This document shows positions 1 to 11,600 of a stretch of 64,000 nucleotides of DNA, piece after piece. Both the position numbers and the translations under genes were made by a program. The stretch comes from Mizuhopecten yessoensis. Its lineage: Eukaryota. The stretch spans positions 1,007,735 through 1,071,734 of the forward strand of contig NW_018406415.1 in NCBI RefSeq assembly GCF_002113885.1. Direction: 5' to 3'. Position 1 is the stretch's first letter, and every line of letters starts with the position of its first letter. The notes beneath the pieces were generated by a model. The model made no database searches. It had not been told where the DNA came from and was given only the letters and a program-made list of their open reading frames with translations.

Positions 1-200
1 CCCCCAAATTTTACTATTTAAATGTGGTTAGTTTGTCTGTCCATGCATCTATCTGTCTGTAGACAAAATGAATATGAATAAGAACAGTAAAGAACAAATT
101 AAGAAGGATACATATGAAATATAAAATGTACCAAGTAATGAGAAATGTATGGAGGAGTTCTATATAATTAGTTGTTTACATAATTTCAAGTTGTGCTATT

Positions 201-273
201 ATTTCCACCAGGATTTGAACCTGGGTCTCCCACCACAGAGTGGCTAGTGTGATGACCACTACACTATAGAAAT
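201..273 (-). pseudogene. tRNA-Val-like pseudogene / SINE head
   Basis: The minus strand reads ATTTCTATAGTGTAGTGGTCATCAC...GGTTCAAATCCTGGTGGAAAT, resembling tRNA-Val ends with A and B boxes. The anticodon arm is non-canonical. Confidence 0.55.
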
Positions 274-407
274 ATCTTTAGCACAACTGACCTTTTCTTT
301 CAAGTTTTATTCCCATTTTTGTCTTTATTTTTTTACATGTTTTTGCCATGCACTTATATTTACATTCTCCTCTGCTTTTCTTATCAAATTGGAAATTGAT
401 ATATCCA

Positions 408-528
408 TGTAGCAGAACTGGACTGGGTAGATTGTCGGCGAACAGATAGCTCAACAGTGTCCAGCTAGAGTTCGGAAGGTCCCAGGTTTGAATCCCGGTC
501 TGGCCGGGGATTTTTCCTCTCCCTTTAC
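408..528 (+). mobile_element. tRNA-derived short element (solo LTR-like copy of the family at 37.9-38.2 kb)
   Basis: TGT...ACA ends, TAGCTCA A-box, GGTTTGAATCCCGG B-box, and a 3' tail similar to 38150-38192. Confidence 0.5.
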
Positions 529-1481
529 ACCGGTATTAACCAAGTTTATACAATTTGCAATGTGCAAAAAATGATCAGGAGTTTTTTATTCTAAGAAGAT
601 CCTTATTAGTTTTCCATTATTATTAATTATGATTCTGCAGTATAATTGTCAAAAAACAATACTTGCATTATAAGATTGCACACATATACTGGTACATAAA
701 ATGCAATTCAAATCTGTACATAAGGTTATTCTTAAAAAGTAATCAAGATTCTCCCCAGTTGAATCTCTACATTTACTTGTAGTTGACAGGGGAAAACCCT
801 TTAATTCCCATAATAAGAACCCTCATAAAATGTATTTAAATTTTATCTCATATACCAGTATTTAGTCATCAAATGAAACCACATAGGCACAGGTGCAAGA
901 AATAAGTTATGTAATCAGAGTTTTTGCCAGGTATGTAACTAGTCTGTTACAGTGATCCGTTACAATATTTAGAATATGACCCTGTTTTTATTTTCCCAAT
1001 TGGATTTAAAAGCATATTCATACAAGTTTCCAGTCATTATATCATATGCACACTGTTCATTCAAAATATAAAAAAATGTACAGAAATAACAAGAATTTGA
1101 AATTGAATCAACAAAAAAACTGAAAATGATGTGTTTATTTATTGCTATACATTTTACTGTAAGAAACAGCTAGATGATTTTTTTTGCAAATCACATTGTA
1201 GGTTTTATTCTATCAAAAGTAAATTTTTCCCTTAACGGGGGACACTGATGAAATTTCCCATTTTTTGCCAAATGCCGATGTTATTTTTCCGAATTCCTGC
1301 TGACAGGGACCCTTTCCCAAAATAGCTGGCAAAAACCCTGGTAATAATGTTGACTTGCTTGTTATGTTTTGTTATATTTTCATTTAGAAAATCTTGAGGC
1401 TGCTTTTTTTTTTTTTTTTTATGTTGAAATATTTCAAAATTATAATGTATATATATATATATTTCCTAAATTTCTTAGACA

Positions 1482-2519
1482 TGTAATAGGGGGAGGTCCG
1501 GAGAGGGTTTTGCATCCGTTGTCACTCCGTTAAATCCGTTTCGTGATCGTATAGTTTTTAGCAATGGTAATGAGTCGACAACTTCCCCTGCAGTCCTCTC
1601 TAGACCTCGCCTCTTTCGTCAGGTTACAGACCTGTTTTCACTACAGGTTCGATCGCTGGATGTAGTGGTAATACCAGCAATTGATTCAATAACTCAACAA
1701 TGGGTATAAAATACAAGTAACTGTTTATTAACAAGACGGAATGAATATATATAACAAGTTTAACAACGGAAGATCATAACACTAGCGTCGAACAGTGACA
1801 GCTAATGTTAAGTAACTCAATTCCTATGTAAAACAATGGCCTATCCTGCCTAACAGTACTACCAATATCAGTAAACTACAACCAAGTACCCCTAGATACC
1901 TATAGATCTACAGCGAACCACTATGTATCGATGTCTAAGCCCGAAGCCCCTGACTATTCAGTCATACATATACGGTGGTCCCTATAGCACTCTATACTGT
2001 TAAATCCAAGGAAAGATAACTCCACATAGTAGTTAGGTATTGGTACTGTTAGCAGCACCTTGGCCTAGGTTGCACTGTTAACAGCGCATGAAGCGGTAAG
2101 GTTTACCTCACCTGAAGCTGTGGGTCGGTTCACCGACCCTGTCAAGACACTGAGCAACTCAAGAACATGATCTTTTATAGCCCCTTTCATTAGTTCCGCT
2201 TTTACGATTGGCCAAATCGTTAATGCAGAGTAAAGTAAGAGATGAAGCCGAACTTCCGGTCTCTACTTCCGTTTCCTGTCTCATTAGGCGTTGTGCCTAA
2301 CGAGACAGGAAACGGAAGTAGAGACCGGATAACTTGCTAGATATGGCTATGTAAACTAACAGACAGACAGAGAGTAGCGACTGATCCACAGGAAGCATAC
2401 GCTGTAGAAAAGCCCTACCCGACCCATACATATGAAACAGATATAAAAGATCAACGTCCTATTCCATGAGTAAAACTGCAGTGGTAATTAAGAATCAGTA
2501 TACAACTGAATCTCTTACA
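1482..2519 (-). mobile_element. Solo LTR (Gypsy-type), ~1.04 kb
   Basis: TGTAA...TTACA termini with a 4-bp TSD GACA (1478-1481, 2520-2523). The minus strand has CCAAT (~2208), TATAAAA (~2175) and AATAAA (~1725) in U3-R order. Confidence 0.8.
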
Positions 2520-4221
2520 GACAAGATTTCTCAAAATATTTACAGTGTAGGAAATCTTCTAGCATGGATGTTTAATTAATGAAGTTATAGCCTGGCTAGA
2601 AGCTATTAATTACTGTACATACAATGTGACACAGTTGATATTTAGGCTTGTCTTGCTAAAATTGACCATTTTCAGCCAATAAACTTATTTTGATTGAGTA
2701 TAAGACCTAATGGTTTCATCAGAAAGAACTCAAAAGATGATTGATGTACACTCAAGTGTTATTTTTACCTAGGGGCATAAACACGTGACATTTTTTTATG
2801 ATTATTTATGTTATCACGGAATTAGATTATCTAAGTCCGTGATGTTACGTTAGAAATTTCAAAAGGTTGGCAAATCTGCATTTGTGAAATTGTCATTACT
2901 GTAACGGATGCGTGCCTACAGTTCGTTACCAAGTTCTTTCTTGGACCCAGTAATTGTTGTAACAAACAAGTGCCGACAATATATACAAAATAACGGCCGT
3001 CTTTCTGACTCAAATAACTATTACCTAATCTACACCCGGTAGATATTTTATATTAATATACCTCTAACACTAATATAGTCAAAAAGAGCCAACTAAAACA
3101 ATTGTATCACAATATATCCGTCACCCTGTATCAACAGTAAATAGCCCCTTACTGCGACACCCGTGACTGTGTACACCCTTTACCGCGACACACCTTGACC
3201 ACGTCACCCTTTACCGCGACTGCCGTTTGACCAAGTCACCCTATAGCTAGCCACTATAAAACCTATGCCTTGGTAAACCCTGTGTCTTGGTACCTGACAC
3301 CCTGTATCAACAGTACGTCGCCCTGTACTGTGATACCCTGTGACTATGCACACTATACTGTAACACAATTTATTTTGACCATGTACTATAAAGGAATACA
3401 GTGGAACCCTAGCTTATGCAGCTAGGCCCAAACTTATACAGCTTGGTCACTGATTACCTTTTTAGAGTTGTTCCTTCTTCTTCGACCGCCAGAGCAAGAG
3501 NNNNNNNNNNNNNNNNNNNNNNNNNNNNNNNNNNNNNNNNNNNNNNNNNNNNNNNNNNNNNNNNNNNNNNNNNNNNNNNNNNNNNNNNNNNNNNNNNNNN
3601 NNNNNNNNNNNNNNNNNNNNNNNNNNNNNNNNNNNNNNNNNNNNNNNNNNNNNNNNNNNNNNNNNNNNNNNNNNNNNNNNNNNNNNNNNNNNNNNNNNNN
3701 NNNNNNNNNNNNNNNNNNNNNNNNNNNNNNNNNNNNNNNNNNNNNNNNNNNNATTATTTCAATCACCTTTAACCCACATAAAAGTACACATTTATGCACG
3801 TACATAGTAACATACCCCAGGCGGCACATCAGCATTGTCGTTGAGACTAGACTTGCACAGGCCTAGCTTTCGTGAAGCTGACGACTGTTTTCTTGATGAT
3901 AGAGTGACAGGCACATATTGAAATCAGTAGACCTTAGATTCAAACATAATACCTGTCTGTGAGAAGTCAATACTGGTAAAATTCGCTCAATAGCTACTCT
4001 TGTCGATCAGTAGGCCTTTACTCCCGTGTTCTTATTCCCGGCGAAGTTGATCTGTTCCGGTCTTTTCAACTAATCAAAATGTAGCAAATTTTGAAGCCCG
4101 CGACTTTCAGACCACAAATATTTTTATTGCCTAAACTGATTCGTCAAAAACATCGAAAACTTTAATTTTTAAACCCGTTTTAATGAAGAAACATTTCAAA
4201 CCATAACAAATACGTTTGCAA

Positions 4222-4308
4222 AGGGTGTGTTTTTGGGTGTTTTTGGGTAGTTTTGGGTGTTTTGGGGTGTTTTTGGGTAGTTTTGGGTGTTTTTGGGTGT
4301 TTTTGGGT
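4222..4308. repeat. 10-bp tandem repeat (TTTTGGGTGT)n
   Basis: Directly visible. Confidence 0.9.
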
Positions 4309-5271
4309 AAATCGTCGTGCCGATATATATATATACCACGCATACGATACAAAAAGAGCTCGCTGCGGTCGCTATTAAGTCGCTTTTATTAAATACGTAT
4401 CATAAGTCAATGTGAAGTAAAAAAAATAATAGATTTGTTTTCGTCAACTTTAAAGCTCGAAACGATGTAGAAAGTTAGTTTGTGAGTAATGGTTCTGTCT
4501 ATAAACTAGTCGTAAGCTAACACACAATTTATGAGGATTGGGGTCATTTGGTATTAAGGTTATCCTAAGACTATGCCATCCATAAAAGTACGGCTTGTCC
4601 CTCCACATGTCCTAATAGATGGCTTACATAATAACAAATCTATGTAAGGGTTCCGGAGCGCGTTGCCAGTAGGTATATTTAAATTTGTGCTTTATCGTCA
4701 TGGAGTCTGTCCATATTGATCAAAAATAGCAAACGCTGACATGGAAGACTCTGTCTAATCTATTGATTTTTTCGACACGATTCCCGCTTTGGAAAGTCAG
4801 TACCTGTGAACTTTCCAATCCTACTGTCCCGAAGTGGCATTATAAATGTCTATCACTATGGCTATCTCACACGGTACACAGTTACTGTTATTAAGAGTTG
4901 CTGTGCCAACCTCTTTATATACATAATAATGTCGTGTTAAAGAAAAGCAAAAAAAGCACGAGCGAGTTCAAGAAGTGCATCGTACTTAACGAACGTTACT
5001 AAAATATGTCTAACATTACGGTCTTTAAAAAACGATCCTTTGATGTCACGTACACCTAATTTATTTAATTTACTTTCCTCTTTTATTGCTTTCCTTTAAA
5101 ACTTGTTATTCACCTGAGACATCCTCCATACCGACGTGAAATGTAGTAATAAAATTGTGTGTGTGTGGGGGGGGGGGGGGGGGGGGTATTACAAAATGTA
5201 CGACTCTTGGTACATGGGATGATAAAATGAATTTGGGTGAGACTCATAGGGATGAAAAGTGCTACGAACCT

Positions 5272-5494
5272 TAAAGACCATACAAGAGAATTGACCCGTC
5301 TAGTAAAATCCATGCGAGAGAATTGGTCCGTCTGTTAAAGACCATGCAAGACAATTGGTCCGTGTGCTAAAGACCGGGCGGGAGAATTGATCCGCCTGCT
5401 AAAGACCATGCGAGATAATTGATCCGCCTGCTAAAGACCATGCGGGATAATTGATCCGTCTGGTAAAGACCATGCGTGATAATTGATCCGTCTG
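5272..5494. repeat. ~32-bp tandem repeat (AAAGACCATGCGAGAGAATTGATCCGTCTGCT)
   Basis: About 7 degenerate units visible. Confidence 0.85.
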
Positions 5495-6682
5495 AGAAGA
5501 CATTTAGGAAGGGGAACCATCACAGAAGGAAGTTCTGTAATTGTCAAGAAGCCTAGAGCTACATCATAATGAACTAGGGCAAAATGAGATACCATTCAAG
5601 GTCAACAATAAGTGTTCCAAGCTGTTACGACGATTATCATTAGTGGCTCCTATATATTTTAGAGATCATAACGATAGATGGGGAAATTAGCCGACTTTTG
5701 TAAGAAGGTACCATAAAACGAGAACTCCATAAGAAATCGGATAATCCGAAAGATTTATCTAGGAGCATATCAAGAGGGTGATCGGTAGCTACTTGGCGAG
5801 TGCCCTAACAACCTCATGGTAGAAGGTAGAGCAAAGCATAGTTGTAGGTTGCACTTTATCAACAGTATCAAATCCAGCAGCAAGAGAAAGAGAGACACAA
5901 AAGCCAGGGTCGATTATCTGACAGTCATTTATAGATTAGCTCTCTTTCCCAACAAGAATCGTAAGCACGTTCGGTGCTGAGAGCCCTTCATGAGAGGGAG
6001 TAACATAGGCAAGGATGCCGTTCAAGCCGATGAAGTCGATGTGCCTTTTCATAAGGAAGAGGAAGGTNNNNNNNNNNNNNNNNNNNNNNNNNNNNNNNNN
6101 NNNNNNNNNNNNNNNNNNNNNNNNNNNNNNNNNNNNNNNNNNNNNNNNNNNNNNNNNNNNNNNNNNNNNNNNNNNNNNNNNNNNNNNNNGGGGGGCAATT
6201 CCATCGCTAGTGTGTGATATATTCATGTGACTACCTTATTAATGGTACGACTACAGAACCAGCGGCAAGCGACTGGAGCAGCGGAGACGGAGAGGAATGT
6301 AATGAAGTTCAAGCCCACTCTCATCACATTTGTGAAGGGGCAGAACTTGGCAGAAAAGTGGGTGATGGAATTGTACCTGTACAGAAACGACTCTACGTCT
6401 CGACATTTTACTAAATACTAAAAAAACAAAAACATATTTAAAGGTGTTGTCGGAAGACTTTAATTCTAGATGCTTTTTTACCGTAACAATGGACGAATGT
6501 AACTTCTCAAATGCCTCTTTTATAATTAGAACTGAACCGTACTGTACCGTTATTGTCAAATAAAGTGTACATGTTAAAATTAAAAAAAAAATCCAATCAA
6601 CTCAATGTGTTACATGTTGTATTTTTGGTGAATGAAATACAAAATTCTAAGCAATTGTCTTAATGACCGTGATCGATGAACT

Positions 6683-6795
6683 TAGCTGCGGGAACCGTAG
6701 CTTCTAGGCCCGATCTTTAAATATGTTTTTTTTTTATCTATGGTCCGATAACAATAAAAAAAAGACCGGGCCTAGAAGCTACGGTTCTGCAGCTA
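6683..6795. mobile_element. MITE with 9-bp TSD (Mutator-like)
   Basis: TIRs TAGCTGCGGGAACCGTAGCTTCTAGGCCCG / CGGGCCTAGAAGCTACGGTTCTGCAGCTA, with perfect TSD CGATGAACT at 6674-6682 and 6796-6804. Confidence 0.85.
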
Positions 6796-7134
6796 CGATG
6801 AACTATGCTACGGAAAGTACGTCACCATTAAATTGCATATACATGAATATATATTCAAATATTGAAATTTACATTCCTACTAAAATGTTTGGGGTTTTTT
6901 TGTTTGCATTAATGTAAAAATAGTTTTGCATACCATCAAAAACTCGTAAATTTATTTTGCATTTTTAAAGATATTTTGCATGCTAAATAGATATATCCGC
7001 CTATGTCGAATTTTGCATGCAAAATTTTGTTCTGTTTTTTTGAGTGTATGGTAAAGTCAGTATAAATTTCCGTTCAAAGGGAGATAATGCATGCGATAGG
7101 TCTTACAGTTACTTCCCCTAGATTCACAACAAGC

Positions 7135-7280
7135 GATTCGATTGGTCAATTGAAACAGGAAGCGCCGACTTCAAAGTGTGATTTCACAAACAACAACCTA
7201 TTTTGATCTGAACGCAAATTTTCAGCAGATAGCGAGACTGTCTACGCTCACAATTGGCTTCCAGAAAAGTCAATATACAG
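7135..7280 (+). promoter_or_regulatory. Putative securin promoter / non-coding exon 1
   Basis: CpG-enriched stretch with inverted CCAAT (ATTGG ~7141), CAGGAAG, TTCAAA (reverse CHR-like, 7170-7175) and a splice donor at 7281. Confidence 0.45.
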
Positions 7281-7770
7281 GTTTGTAGCATGTTATTTCC
7301 ATAAAGTGAAAGGAATCCATCGATAATAGTTGATAAACCGCCCTAATTGTTATTATCTACTCACGACCCCTATGCCGTGCCACTCGTGGGATCATGCCAA
7401 TGCTGGTGATGAAAACTGGAAAATTGCATTATATTGGAGGATTTAAATGATTATATTTCTAATAAATAACCCCTCTTTCCTCAAACGTTAGTTCGTAAGT
7501 TCTGCATGCATATGTTTCTGTTGTTGTTTTTTAGGGGGGGGGGGGTGAATTCAGTCTCAATGAAAATTTAAAGATAAGTGTGTTTTCCGACATACATGTG
7601 TGCAGTATATATTTCAATTTATAAACAATTGTTAGCTTATTTGTTTAAATGATGTAAAGAAAATGAATATACATTTGTATGTAGTATTATGCATTTTAAA
7701 CTTTAAAGATAAATCATATAGGGGAACTATTTTGAAGAAATACTGTTGTTTTCTTGTTCAAATAAGGGAA

Positions 7771-8379
7771 TTTAAACAGGTTTGGCACAACGGTGCATAT
7801 ATATTATCCTGCATTTGTGTAACAGTTACCCTGGCATTTGCAGTAACAATTTTATTACTTAGACAGGGAATAAAATAAATTAAAAACAAAGTTATTTTAA
7901 ACACCAAAAAGGGTGTCATTCTTTCAACATAATCCCCCCCAAAAATACAATGAGGTACAATTGTGCACAAAAATAATAGTTAATTCAGTTGTCTAAATGT
8001 TTGTGAAAATGACAAATTGTATCACCTCCATTGCTTGTAGTGTTAAATTAAATAGCACACAGAAAAAAATCATGCTCACCTGTCTTATTTCCACAGGATG
8101 ATCCCATTGCATTGACTACATACAGAAGTGTGTTTTGTCATTTTTACAAAATGTTAGACATCAGAATTGATAACTTTTTGTGAACAAATGTACTTCATTG
8201 TGTTACATATTGAATTTAGTTAAAGGAATAATGCCCTTTTTTTACTCCCAAGTGTATAAAAGAACTTTATGTGTTTTTATTTCACTTGATTCCACATCTC
8301 AGTAGCAAAAATGTTACTGCAAATGGGTAACTGTTACCCGAATGCGGGATAAATACCCGATGTGCCAAACCTGTTTAAA
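7771..8379. mobile_element. Non-autonomous DNA transposon with ~60-70 bp TIRs in securin intron 1
   Basis: TTTAAACAGGTTTGGCACA...GTAACAGTTACCC is inverted at GGGTAACTGTTAC...TGTGCCAAACCTGTTTAAA. Confidence 0.75.
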
Positions 8380-8616
8380 GCACATGAGGGAATTCTATAG
8401 AACAGAGTTTTTTTCTGAATGGGAAACTATAGCTACCCATCAACGGAAGTGTACAGTACTATACTACTAAACCTGCCCAAGTTTCCTCTGGCAATGACAC
8501 TTATTTATGTTTTTATTGATTTCAAGTTCTGTGTTCAAATTTCAGGTGCAAGCACACATGTCAGTAAAGGTGGAAATATTTGACCTGTTGTAAAGTGAGC
8601 TCTTAAGTGAAAGACC

Positions 8617-11600
8617 ATGGCTTCTATGACTTTTATGCCTTATGTCGACAAGGAGAATGCTGGATCGTTAGGAATTCACCCAGGCAAGGGGCAACAACGA
8701 GCATCATCTGGACTGGGAGGTTTGTTTTAAGACAAAATAATGTATAAATTTGTTATACATGTACCTAGTCCACTTGCATAACACATCGATCATTACTTGT
8801 GTGCCATTAACATTTTTTTTTGGACTAAATTTGAAAATTATGAAATGCTATTATAAAACATTTGTAAGATTATTTAAACAAAATGAGAAGTTTTGTCTAC
8901 CTATCTAAATATATGTACACTATTTTTTGTGAAAGAGCCGACACCCCTGCAGTTCGGGGATCGCGAAAAGAATACACCTGCTGTTACTCACTGCATGTAT
9001 CATCGGAGGCGACTCGTGAGGGAACCCCCTGCATAATTGGGGATTTGCTTTGGTTCATGATTAGGGGGCACAAAAGCGACCAAACTTAATCTTCTGCACC
9101 CATTGCAATATTTTGGATCTTTATCTTTCTTTCTACCTCTAACTACCTTTATTTCCTTGCGTCTTGCTTTGCAACACCTCACTTTTGGCCTTAATGTTGA
9201 GCATTCGCCCATATGAGGAAGGCTATGGGTTTCTGTCCCCAGGCCAGGACATGCCAAAGTCCTTAAAATTGTAGTTGTAGTGTTATCTCTGCTTAACGTT
9301 CACCATTTATGAAAATGGCAACAACTGGTTCACCTATTGTCAATATGATATGACTAGGCGGAATGCTGTGCTGGGTGCGTTTGGCATGGCATTTCAGTGA
9401 GATAGCACTATAAAGCCAGCATCAAATCTGCGCTATCTCAAGGAGGCAAGAACATCAACATACCCTGTCTCCTATGGAGACACGTCCTTAAATGACCTTT
9501 GCTGTTGATAAGACATTGAAAAAAAAAAAAAAAACAAATTGTGAAAGAGCATTTTTTGGTTTACCCACATCATTGCATTTTTTATCTATTCTGGGTTGAT
9601 ATCTTGAATGCCTGAACAGTTTTTTAAACGTAAAGTGTAAAGATGATAAGGAACATGCGGCCAAGTGAAATATTAATTCAGTTGAAATTTTTTAGTTTAA
9701 ACCTTTTTACACTGACCAATCAGAACAGCATTTATTTTGAGAAAAAAACAATCATCAAAGATTTATGATTTGATGATGAAAATTGTGTGGCCTGACATAA
9801 ATTGAAGCCCCAAATTATAAAAGAACATTCAATATATAAGTTTTGTCATTTCGGTAACATAACATTCTGCAGCCAAAGTACATGTACCAGACAATTTAAA
9901 AAACAATTTTTAGGTTTGAATGTTTTTAATTTTAATTGATATGTACAATTTACAGGTATCAAAAATGTTCTTCAGATCATCTGAGGAAAACCAATACATA
10001 AAATGTGTATGAACTATTTATATTTAACAGGTGGCAAAGTTTTCGGAAGTTCTGCACAAAAAAAGTTGGTGACACCCCGGAGAGCTCTAGGTGATGTCAG
10101 CAACCGTGGTCTGAGCTTAAACTCCAACTCACAGGGCCTCAAACAACAGAAGCCAGCTTTCAAACCACCATCATCACAACAGAAAAAGGGTTTGAAGCTT
10201 CAAGGAAACAAACAGAGTAATGTTTTACAGGTCAGAACATCATCATTGGAACATTTTTCTTCTGGGAATTTGTCGGCGCTATTAAAACAATTCCAAATGA
10301 TATATTTTTTTGGTCAGTTTGCTTACAATTTGATACAAAAAATATCCAAACAATATCATATTTTTCTGTAAAGAACACAATTACTTTTGTGAAGCTTTGA
10401 CCTACGTTATCCTCAGAAGATGAAACTTGCTCAGTATTGGCGACTGCTTAGTGTAGAAGACATGAAAATCTCAACCCAGGGAGATATTTACTGTCATAAT
10501 CAAATCTTTAATTTTTCAAAACTTGGTTGGTTTAGATTTTCCTGTCATCATTAATCGTCTCGCTCTTACATGAAATATTTAGTTAAGTTCTTGTTCAAGA
10601 TAATCGCCTTGCCAGAAAAAGTATTGTCAACTTATGAAAAAACTGGTAAAGATGTTAGACAGGGTTGTTGTGTTTCTCCAAGTTTATTTACTCTTATTTT
10701 ACAGACAAAGACTGTGACCAAGGAGAAAGCCGTCCCCATCGAACCTCACTATGACGAGATTGAACACATGCATATTCCAAAGAAAATTGAAGGTAAAGTG
10801 TTGATATACTTCCCCTCACCAAGATAAACTGGTTGTGGGTATATAGGAATCTGTCTGCACATACTCGTCCATAATAGCATCACTTCTCTACAGATTTTGT
10901 TGCATTGTATATATATCTGATTGTCATGAACCTTCATAACGTTTACAAATATGACCTCTTGCCCAAGTTCACTTCTTGACAATTATGGGTCAAACCAAGG
11001 TCACTGTTGCTATGAATTTATTTAAATGAATATGATGATCGAACATTCCTTACGTAGAAAAAAGTGGAAGCGTTCTTGAGCGGATCCGTTGGTGGATTCG
11101 CCAGAGCTCCTGACTATAAAAAAAACAATGAAAATAAAGGATACTCAACACCATAAGACTGGTTTGTGATCTCTTCTTCATGTCTACGTGTTTAGGCCTG
11201 ATATATACATGTGGCCATTATCAGAACAACAATTTGTAATTAGACGAGAAGTAAAGATTACAAACTGCTATTGTGGTGTTGAATATCCTTTATTTTTCAT
11301 ATAAATTATATATATATTTCTGTTGTCATTAATGCAGACTTCATTTCTCATCTGATTGTCATGAAGCTTTGCATGCATGTTCACAAACATCACCCCTTTC
11401 CTGAGTAAAGTTTTGATCTTGGGTTAAAAAAAAAGTTTATCTAACTAGAAATAGATTTTTTTGATGTCACTGCTTTAAACACTTCATTTCTTATAAAAAA
11501 ATTGTCATGAAATCTAAATTACCAGTTTGTCACTGGCCAACCCTTCATGATCTTACCCTAGAGGCATGTTGAATCTCTGATATTTGTAACATGAATATTA

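Noticed and set aside
201-273. Functional tRNA-Val gene
   Set aside because: The anticodon arm is not canonical and the stems have mismatches; treated as a pseudogene/SINE head.
3416-3866. ORFs spanning X runs (also 5936-6230)
   Set aside because: Artefacts of assembly N gaps.
4131-4352. 73-aa ORF with KHPKLPKNT repeats
   Set aside because: Translation of the 10-bp tandem repeat.
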